A stretch of 64,000 nucleotides of DNA from the NCBI GenBank assembly GCA_964514725.1, contig CAZEUL010000005.1, positions 129,479 to 193,478 on the forward strand. The letters run 5' to 3'. Source of the DNA: an uncultured Rikenellaceae bacterium (GTDB taxonomy: Bacteria > Bacteroidota > Bacteroidia > Bacteroidales > VadinHA17). Both the position numbers and the translations under genes were made by a program. Each line of letters begins with the position of its first letter. Position 1 is the first letter of the stretch. The notes under the pieces were generated by a model that saw only the letters and a program-made list of their open reading frames with translations, was not told the DNA's origin and ran no database searches. Positions 51,119 to 58,295 of this stretch are shown one piece after another.

Positions 51119-51982
51119 ATGAAAAAAACTTTGTTGTTTTTGTTTATATCCGCCCTAATGGTTTCATTGACAGCCCAGGAAGGGGATCAAACCAAAGAAA
51201 AATCTAAACCGGTCAGATTCACCTTTGGAACAGGGATACTTATTGATAATCAGACTGTAGAAACAACCTTCAAGGGAAGCCTTGAATTACAGATCCATCA
51301 CCGGTTCAGTCTCATTGAAAACTATCATAATCTATTTGGAATCTATGGAGCCGCAAATACACGACTTGGTTTGAATTATGGTGTAACTGACAGACTTATG
51401 ATAGGCGTCGGAACCACTAAGGATTATAAACTCCAGGATATCCAGTGGAAGTATCAGATACTGAGGCAGACAGAGGATAACAGCATTCCTTTATCACTTT
51501 CATATTATGGGAATTTCGTTATTGATCTCAGGAAAAAGGAAGCATTCGGACCGGTAGACAGATACAGAGATATTCACAGATTATCTTATTTTACCCAGCT
51601 TATTGCTGCCAGGAAATTCAATGATATCTTATCACTCCAGCTGGCACCGTCAGTTATTTATTTTAATGCTGTGCCGCAATATACAAATGACTCAAAATAT
51701 AAGAACCTTAATTTCGGCCTGTCTGCAGGTGCCAGGGCAAATGTTTCCGGGTCACACTCAATTATATTGGAATATGATCAACTGCTTACCAAACAGGACC
51801 TTGAAGAACAGCCAAAGCCAAACCTGTCCGTCGGATGGGAATTGGGAACCGCTACTCATACCTTCCAGCTGTTTGTTGCAAACTATTCCCAGGTTATTTA
51901 TCAGCGCAACCTGGTATTTAATACAAACGATTTCACGAATGGTGATTATCTGATTGGCTTTAACATAACAGTCAGGTTCTAA
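51119..51982 (+). CDS. Outer-membrane beta-barrel protein (DUF5777-like)
   Basis: It has a signal peptide (MVSLTAQ) and amphipathic beta-strand patterning throughout. The C-terminus ends in an aromatic residue (NITVRF), as in OM barrels. The early HHRF motif is as I recall for DUF5777. Confidence 0.6.
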   Translation: MKKTLLFLFISALMVSLTAQEGDQTKEKSKPVRFTFGTGILIDNQTVETTFKGSLELQIHHRFSLIENYHNLFGIYGAANTRLGLNYGVTDRLMIGVGTTKDYKLQDIQWKYQILRQTEDNSIPLSLSYYGNFVIDLRKKEAFGPVDRYRDIHRLSYFTQLIAARKFNDILSLQLAPSVIYFNAVPQYTNDSKYKNLNFGLSAGARANVSGSHSIILEYDQLLTKQDLEEQPKPNLSVGWELGTATHTFQLFVANYSQVIYQRNLVFNTNDFTNGDYLIGFNITVRF

Positions 51983-51989
51983 GTTCAAT

Positions 51990-53000
51990 ATGCAAAAAGT
52001 AATTAAACCTGGTGCAGTCTGGGCATTTATTCTGATTCTAATTTCACAATCGGTAAATGGAGTATTACAGAAAGATCCAAAACAAAATGGATCGCAGCCT
52101 GAAGTAACTGATACTCTCAAATACATTTCACCATTCTTTGAAGATAATGAGCGCTGTTTGAAGTGCCATGGGCAGAGGAGATACGAATACACCAATGAGG
52201 TCCTTGGGCGTCAGGTAAAATCTTTGATGTTTTCTGAAAGGATTATCGACAGGAACAAATTTTACCAGTCGAACCACAAAAGTTTCAGTTGTACAGATTG
52301 TCATTCTAAGGGCTATCTTACCTTCCCACATCCTGGTGAATTAAGGATGGAGCAAAAATTCAATTGTATGGATTGTCATGGCGGCGATGAAAACTTTGCT
52401 CAGTACCATTTTGAAGAAATTGAATCCGAATACCAGAAAAGTGTCCATTACAAGCTTGAGGAAGAAGGTTTTACATGCTGGAAATGTCACGGCCCGCATG
52501 ACTACAGAATAAGTATCCGAAATACTTCAAATCTTAAGGAAACCATACTTTATGATAATAATATCTGTCTGAACTGTCATTCAAACTACAATCACTTTAT
52601 GCTTCTGACAGAAAGAGAAGAGATGAATATTCTGAAGAAGCACGAATGGCTGCCTAACCAGGATGCACATTTTAAAAGCGTCAGGTGTATTGAATGCCAT
52701 GCCCAAACTAACGATACATTGCTTGTAGCACATTATATTAAACCAAAATCAGAAGCTGTAAAGAAATGCAATGAATGCCACTCCCGGAATTCAATTCTGA
52801 TGTCATCCTTGTATAAATTTCAATCTAAAGAACAAAGAAAAGATGGCTTCCTTAACGGGATTATCCTTAATGAGTCTTATGTTATAGGTGCAAACAGAAA
52901 TGAATATCTTAATCTGTTAAGCATTCTAATTTTCATATTTACTTTGGTTATTATCGGAGTTCATGTTTTTTTCAGAATTATTAAAGCAAAAAAGAACTGA
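51990..53000 (+). CDS. Heptahaem c-type cytochrome with a C-terminal membrane anchor
   Basis: It has a signal peptide and seven CXXCH motifs (CLKCH, CTDCH, CMDCH, CWKCH, CLNCH, CIECH, CNECH). A C-terminal TM helix (LLSILIFIFTLVIIGVHVFF) is present. Confidence 0.8.
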   Translation: MQKVIKPGAVWAFILILISQSVNGVLQKDPKQNGSQPEVTDTLKYISPFFEDNERCLKCHGQRRYEYTNEVLGRQVKSLMFSERIIDRNKFYQSNHKSFSCTDCHSKGYLTFPHPGELRMEQKFNCMDCHGGDENFAQYHFEEIESEYQKSVHYKLEEEGFTCWKCHGPHDYRISIRNTSNLKETILYDNNICLNCHSNYNHFMLLTEREEMNILKKHEWLPNQDAHFKSVRCIECHAQTNDTLLVAHYIKPKSEAVKKCNECHSRNSILMSSLYKFQSKEQRKDGFLNGIILNESYVIGANRNEYLNLLSILIFIFTLVIIGVHVFFRIIKAKKN

Positions 53001-53632
53001 TGGTTCATAAATTATACCTGTATCCAAAATGGGTTAGATTATGGCATATTGTTAATGCCATTCTTTTCATTATACTTATTGTTACCGGCCTGAGCATGCA
53101 ATACACCGACATTCAGAATGAAAATTTTTTCGTGGTCGGATTTGCCAGAGCTGTCAAGTGGCATAATTTTGCAGCAATATTATTGACATTCAATTATGTA
53201 TTTTTTGTTACCGGAAACATTATTACTAAAAACGGCAGGCATTACAGGATCTCTAAACAAAACTTCTGGACAGACCTTTGGTTACAGCTTAAATACTATT
53301 CCAAAGGTATGTTTAAAGGAGAAAAACACCCATTTCCGGTAACCGAGATGCGAAAATTCAATCCACTCCAGAAATTTACATATATTCTGGCAATGTATCT
53401 GGCAATGCCTTTATTAATAATTTCAGGTTTGGGTTTACTGTTTCCCGAAATTACCATTAAAAGATTTTTGGGGATGAGCGGCCTGATCCTGACCGATGTG
53501 CTTCATATTACAATGGGATTTTTATTATCAATATTCATGGTGATTCATATATATACGTGTACCCTTGGATCAAAACCCTCTTCTCTGTTTAAAGGAATTT
53601 TGACCGGTTATCATGAATCAGAAGAACATTAA
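53000..53632 (+). CDS. Membrane b-type cytochrome (PhsC/FdnI/HydC-like, cytochrome b561 family)
   Basis: The start overlaps the upstream stop as TGATG. The N-terminal WVRLWHIVNAILF signature is present, with four TM helices carrying His residues (WH, KWHN, VLHIT, MVIHIY). Confidence 0.7.
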   Translation: MVHKLYLYPKWVRLWHIVNAILFIILIVTGLSMQYTDIQNENFFVVGFARAVKWHNFAAILLTFNYVFFVTGNIITKNGRHYRISKQNFWTDLWLQLKYYSKGMFKGEKHPFPVTEMRKFNPLQKFTYILAMYLAMPLLIISGLGLLFPEITIKRFLGMSGLILTDVLHITMGFLLSIFMVIHIYTCTLGSKPSSLFKGILTGYHESEEH

Positions 53633-53697
53633 TCTTTTGACATCTCATAAAATTGCACGATTATTGTATCAAATAACCAAAACTTAAAAACATAATC

Positions 53698-54111
53698 ATG
53701 AAAACTATTAAGAAAACTTTGATTTATTCAGTAATGTTAATTGCCGTCATTTCATTTTTTTGTTTTACCGTAACTGCTCAACAACCCAAACCCTGGGATG
53801 TTCCTGCTGAATATAAAGACATGAAAAATCCTGTTGCAAAGGGCGATGAAAGTAACAAAGCAGGTTTGGCCCTCTATACTAAATATTGTGCATCATGCCA
53901 TGGCAAGACCGGTTTGGGTGATGGGGTAAAAGCAAGGATGCTTAAAGATTTCCCCGGGGATTTTTCAAAGGATTATTACCAAAACCAGACTGACGGAGAA
54001 CATTTTTATAAAACCAAATTTGGCAGGAATGATATGCCAAAATATGAAGGTAAGTTGAGTGACGAAAATATATGGAATATTGTAAACTATATGAGGACAT
54101 TTAAAAAATAG
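53698..54111 (+). CDS. Class I monohaem c-type cytochrome, periplasmic
   Basis: It has a signal peptide, CASCHG, and a distal Met candidate in GRNDMPKY. Confidence 0.75.
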   Translation: MKTIKKTLIYSVMLIAVISFFCFTVTAQQPKPWDVPAEYKDMKNPVAKGDESNKAGLALYTKYCASCHGKTGLGDGVKARMLKDFPGDFSKDYYQNQTDGEHFYKTKFGRNDMPKYEGKLSDENIWNIVNYMRTFKK

Positions 54112-54184
54112 ATATCCGTTTTAATAACTGGCTTTGGATTTCTTAAAGCCTGAACAGGATTTTTTAGGATCTTAAATCATTTGT

Positions 54185-54223
54185 GGGAATGAATGCCATT
54201 GGATTCATTCCCGTTTTTGTTTT
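54185..54223 (+). terminator. Rho-independent terminator ending the 50710-54111 operon
   Basis: A perfect 10-bp stem GGGAATGAAT / ATTCATTCCC with an 8-nt loop is followed by GTTTTTGTTTT. Confidence 0.8.
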
Positions 54224-54384
54224 AATGACATATTAATCATAAATGGAATTACAAATAAATATTATTCTTTAACTTTTAAAAATAATGTTAGTCTGTAACT
54301 ATTTTTTTGTAAGCAAGAATATCCAGAACTGACATAAAAATGCTTTTATTTTATCTGATAATAAACCTTAAATAACCGTTTACC

Positions 54385-55884
54385 ATGGAATTTAGATCTT
54401 TGGGAAGGAACTGGATAACCATTATTGGTACGTTGATCGCAGCAGTTAATCTGGTACTGATAATAGCTTTGTTCATTATATCAACACTGTTTGATAAAAG
54501 TTCCACCTACCTTGGTTTATTCATTTATATAATCCTTCCCGGTTTCATGCTGCTTGGATTAATAATGATTCCTGTAGGAATATTGATCTCCAGAAAAAAG
54601 GTAATATTATCTTCTCCTGAAGGTAAGAAGAGACTTCCTAATATTGATCTGAATAATCCTGCCCATAAAAAAGCTTTCATTGTTTTTTCAGTGGCAACAG
54701 TTATTATTCTTTTTCTTTCAACCTATGGAAGTTTTGAAGCTTATCATCTGACGGAATCGGTTGAATTCTGCGGAACTCTTTGCCACAAGGTTATGGAACC
54801 TGAATATACTGCGTATCAAAATTCTCCTCATGCCAATGTAGCGTGTGTTGACTGCCATGTTGGTTCCGGGGCCTCGTGGTATGTCAAATCCAAATTGTCA
54901 GGTTTGTACCAGGTGTACGCCACCATTACCAAAACCTATAAGGCACCTATTGAAACACCACTGCATGACCTGCGTCCCGCCAGGGAAACCTGCGAACGAT
55001 GCCACTGGCCTCAGAAATTTTACTCAAGAAAGATCTATACCGGCAAATACTTCCTGGCCGATTCGCTGAATTCTGAATGGGATATTATACTCCAGATGAA
55101 AACGGGTCCTGAATATGAAAATCTGGGTTTTACAGAAGGGATACACTGGCATATTAATCCTGATGTTAAAATTGAATATAAATCAGAAAATGACAAAAGG
55201 GAGATAATAAATTATGTAAAATACACTGATAAAGGAACTGGTGAGGAAATAGTTTACAAAAATTCTAATCTTGAAATATCTGACAGTGCTCTGGCAGCTG
55301 CTTCTGCCAGAACAATGGATTGCATAGATTGCCATAACAGGCCATCTCATAATTATAGTTCACCTCCGGTATATTTCGACCGGATTATGCTGACAGGTGG
55401 TGTATCTAAGGAGATCCCGTTCATTAAAAAAACATCTATGGGAATTCTGGCTGACACTTTCACTGATAAGGACACAGCAATGATGCAGATAAGAGATGGA
55501 ATCCTTAATTTCTATAAGTCAGATTTTGCAAACTTCTATTCATATAATAATGATAAAATTGAAAAATCAATTATTGCCGTTCAAAAAGCATTTTCGCAGA
55601 ATACTTTTCCTGCAATGGGGGTTAATTATAGCGTTTATCCGGATCATATAGGGCATCTCGAATCTGAGGGTTGTTTCAGGTGCCATAATGATACCTTTGT
55701 ATCTGAAACAGGGCGGAAAATCACTCGTGACTGCAACATCTGTCATACAATTGTGGGACAAGGCAGGCCGGGTTCAATGCAATTTTCCAATATCAGGGAA
55801 TCACTTGAATTTATGCACCCTGTTGATATAGGAACAGCCTGGAAAGAAGCCAACTGTTCCGATTGCCACAAGTTTCTTTACTAA
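54385..55884 (+). CDS. Inner-membrane NapC/NirT-family multihaem cytochrome (3 TM helices, 7 haem motifs; ImcH-like architecture)
   Basis: It has three N-terminal TM helices. The NapC/NirT signature is FCGTLCHKVMEPEYTAYQNSPHANVACVDCH. There are six CXXCH motifs (CVDCH, CERCH, CIDCH, CFRCH, CNICH, CSDCH) plus one CX3CH (CGTLCH, nt 54769-54786). Confidence 0.75.
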   Translation: MEFRSLGRNWITIIGTLIAAVNLVLIIALFIISTLFDKSSTYLGLFIYIILPGFMLLGLIMIPVGILISRKKVILSSPEGKKRLPNIDLNNPAHKKAFIVFSVATVIILFLSTYGSFEAYHLTESVEFCGTLCHKVMEPEYTAYQNSPHANVACVDCHVGSGASWYVKSKLSGLYQVYATITKTYKAPIETPLHDLRPARETCERCHWPQKFYSRKIYTGKYFLADSLNSEWDIILQMKTGPEYENLGFTEGIHWHINPDVKIEYKSENDKREIINYVKYTDKGTGEEIVYKNSNLEISDSALAAASARTMDCIDCHNRPSHNYSSPPVYFDRIMLTGGVSKEIPFIKKTSMGILADTFTDKDTAMMQIRDGILNFYKSDFANFYSYNNDKIEKSIIAVQKAFSQNTFPAMGVNYSVYPDHIGHLESEGCFRCHNDTFVSETGRKITRDCNICHTIVGQGRPGSMQFSNIRESLEFMHPVDIGTAWKEANCSDCHKFLY

Positions 55885-56112
55885 AGCAAAGACTTATAAG
55901 TTTAAAGGATCTTATTCCACTATCAAATATCCATAATTGAAAGAGACTGTGTTAAAAACCTTTAAATTGAGTTCATCATCCTTAATATCCTTCGCTCCAT
56001 CCTTTGTAATACGCTGCGGATCATTTATTTATTTCATGCCATAAAGAAATGTCAAGGTTTTCTCAAAGACAAAGGACTTTTAATTCAGCCTCTTTCTAAC
56101 AGGATTTAATAG

Positions 56113-57339
56113 CTATATGGCAGCTAAGGTGTTTTCCAGTAGTTTTTTGGCATACTTGTAGTTATGCACGCCCTTACTCTTATCTCTCAATATAAGCTGG
56201 AAATTAATCATTGCTCCAAATTGTGCATTTGTAAGTTGGGGCATTGCAGGTAAGGTATTGTTATAAGTTTTCTGATCATTTGTCCATCCTGTAGTCGATG
56301 GTGATTTATATTTACCACCGGGGTTTGATCCCGGATCATAAATATCAAAATATCCGGTATAACCACCTGTTTCAGCATCCTTGTTCATAATGCTTGGTGT
56401 TGCAATTAAATCAAGCTTGGCTCCCAATTCGTTGAGCTTTTCTGTTATATCGTTAGCAACTCCTGTAAAAGTAGGATTTGTTTCACTCATCGATGAATGA
56501 CATCCCGTCATATTACAACCATTAAAATTACCCGCAGAAATAAATGAATGTCCTCCCGTAAATCCTGAAGGAGTTGCCATATGGCAATCCACACAGGAAG
56601 CTCCTGCCGTGTGCGGTGAATTTGAATAACCAGTTCCGAATTCAATGCCTCCGATTCCAGCAAGCATTGCACCATGCGACCCATAATGGACGCCGGTCCT
56701 GTATGAGATCGAAGATAATGTATAAGTTGCAGTAGGTTCGGATACGAGTTTTGAGTAGTCAATCAGATTTCCTGATGCTGCAGTAATCGGCCGAGGTTGA
56801 TGACATTTTGCACATAAATTTCCTGTATTCTTGGCAAGATTAATGGTCTTGGATCCTCCCCACATAGTCATCGGAACAGCCGCAGTCGTTGTAAGTGGAA
56901 GAAACTCCGTTCCTGCATAATTTGTATGCAGTGAACTATGGCATGTAAAACAGCTGATTTCTCCGGGGAATGCCAGAACTGAAGCACTTGCCACATAATT
57001 GTTAATATACTTTGTAGGATCTGATGGATTAACCACAAAGGTTGCAGGGGTACTCTTCTTTACAACATCCAGGAAACCCTGGTGTGAATGACAGGGAGCA
57101 CAGTTATTCCTTGTTCCTTCCTCAAAAGCCTCACCAAGATAATGTAAGGAATGCTTATATTCATTTGCTTTGGCATCTACCGTTGAACTGTTATGGCATA
57201 GTTTGCAAGTCTCATTGGCATCTTTACCGTCCTTGCCATCGTTCCCATCAGCTCCGGCCGGCCCCATAGGACCTTCGCAGGCTGAAAAAAGGATTGAAGC
57301 GGCAAATAAAATACTGAATGATTTCAGAAGGTTTTTCAT
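56113..57339 (-). CDS. Multihaem c-type cytochrome lipoprotein with an N-terminal collagen-like tether
   Basis: The likely start is ATG 57339 (MKNLLKSF), and the lipobox is LFSAC. Six consecutive G-X-Y triplets (GPMGPAGADGNDGKDGKD, nt 57221-57274) follow the lipid-anchor Cys. There are five CXXCH motifs (CKLCH, CAPCH, CFTCH, CAKCH, CVDCH) plus CX4CH (CNMTGCH, nt 56497-56517). Confidence 0.75.
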   Translation of the reverse strand: MKNLLKSFSILFAASILFSACEGPMGPAGADGNDGKDGKDANETCKLCHNSSTVDAKANEYKHSLHYLGEAFEEGTRNNCAPCHSHQGFLDVVKKSTPATFVVNPSDPTKYINNYVASASVLAFPGEISCFTCHSSLHTNYAGTEFLPLTTTAAVPMTMWGGSKTINLAKNTGNLCAKCHQPRPITAASGNLIDYSKLVSEPTATYTLSSISYRTGVHYGSHGAMLAGIGGIEFGTGYSNSPHTAGASCVDCHMATPSGFTGGHSFISAGNFNGCNMTGCHSSMSETNPTFTGVANDITEKLNELGAKLDLIATPSIMNKDAETGGYTGYFDIYDPGSNPGGKYKSPSTTGWTNDQKTYNNTLPAMPQLTNAQFGAMINFQLILRDKSKGVHNYKYAKKLLENTLAAI

Positions 57340-57474
57340 AAAATGGATATTAGGTTTTTTCTTTACGCAATGTAACAATAACAAAATTTTAATTTATCAA
57401 CCGAAGCGGTGTTATTTGCAATATTTTTAATTGATAAATATTTATGTTATAATTGACAAATATTAATAAAATAG

Positions 57475-57488
57475 TTGATATATATCAA
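57475..57488. promoter_or_regulatory. Perfect Crp/Fnr-type palindrome TTGATATATATCAA in a divergent promoter
   Basis: It is an exact TTGAT-N4-ATCAA. It lies 78 nt upstream of the Crp/Fnr gene ATG (57566) and 136 nt upstream of the divergent cytochrome ATG (57339). Confidence 0.65.
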
Positions 57489-57565
57489 TTATTTATATGA
57501 TATTTGTTAATTCTTGTATTTATGATTAAACGAAAATTTAAATTAGAGACCTAAATATATAAAAG

Positions 57566-58261
57566 ATGTCAGAAAAGGAATCTTTAGAGACTGGTAAAAC
57601 AAATATTCCAAAGTGGAAAAACTTTCAGCACCTGTCAAAAACTGAAATGCAGCTGGTAAAAGATAATATTTTCGAAGCCTGGTTCAAAGCAGGGGAGATC
57701 ATTTTGAAGCAAGGATCACCTTCATCAAGTGTTCTGTTTCTTAATTCCGGAATTGCCAAAAGTTTTATTGAAGGGGAAAGAGGTAAAAACTTCATAATGG
57801 AGATTATTCAGCCTGGGACTCTCATGATGGGACCGGGTGCTTATGTAAACTCAAGGAATACGATCTCTGTAGCGGCAATAACTCCTGTTCATGCATCCTT
57901 CCTGGATTTTGGTATCTTCAGGCAGTTGGTTAAAACCAATAGTGCCTTTGCTGAAAGCCTTTTAGTTGATCTTTGTTCAAAATCACTTCAGTCTCATTTA
58001 AAAATAGTTAACCTTGCTCAGAAGAAAATGCCTGGACGTATTGCTGAAGCGCTTCTATATTTTGCAGATGAAGTTTATAATTCAGACGAATTTGAACTGT
58101 ATCTTACAAGGCTGGAACTGGGTGAAATGACAAATATGGCCAAAGAAAGTGTGGTAAGAATTCTTAAGGAAATGGATGAAGCCGGAGTTATAAGCGTGAA
58201 ATCTTCATTTATCAAAATTATTGATAAGGATAAATTACGTATCATATCCGAAAAAGGCTGA
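57566..58261 (+). CDS. Crp/Fnr family transcriptional regulator
   Basis: It has a cNMP-binding-like N-terminal domain and a C-terminal HTH whose recognition helix KESVVRILKEM is close to CRP RETVGRILKML. It has only one Cys, so it lacks an FNR-type Fe-S cluster. Confidence 0.85.
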   Translation: MSEKESLETGKTNIPKWKNFQHLSKTEMQLVKDNIFEAWFKAGEIILKQGSPSSSVLFLNSGIAKSFIEGERGKNFIMEIIQPGTLMMGPGAYVNSRNTISVAAITPVHASFLDFGIFRQLVKTNSAFAESLLVDLCSKSLQSHLKIVNLAQKKMPGRIAEALLYFADEVYNSDEFELYLTRLELGEMTNMAKESVVRILKEMDEAGVISVKSSFIKIIDKDKLRIISEKG

Positions 58262-58295
58262 AAAAACTGAAGCTGTTTATTCCCAAGTAAAATTG

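Noticed and set aside
51119-51982. Interpreting the beta-barrel as an MtrB/PioB-type porin that sheathes a multihaem cytochrome.
   Set aside because: At 287 aa it can form only a small barrel, well below the size of known porin-cytochrome sheaths. I keep it as a barrel of unknown role rather than claim an Mtr-like conduit.
54248-54300. ATTACAAATAAATATTA upstream of the ImcH-like gene, partly resembling the shared 14-mer ATTGACAAATATTA.
   Set aside because: It needs an insertion to align, and no TTGAT-N4-ATCAA-like box follows at the 23-nt spacing seen in the other two promoters. I treat it as chance AT-rich similarity.
57566-58261. Possibility that the regulator is a true oxygen-sensing FNR.
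   Set aside because: The protein contains a single cysteine, and the N-terminal Cys cluster required for a [4Fe-4S] centre is absent. I therefore call it only a Crp/Fnr-family regulator with an unknown effector.
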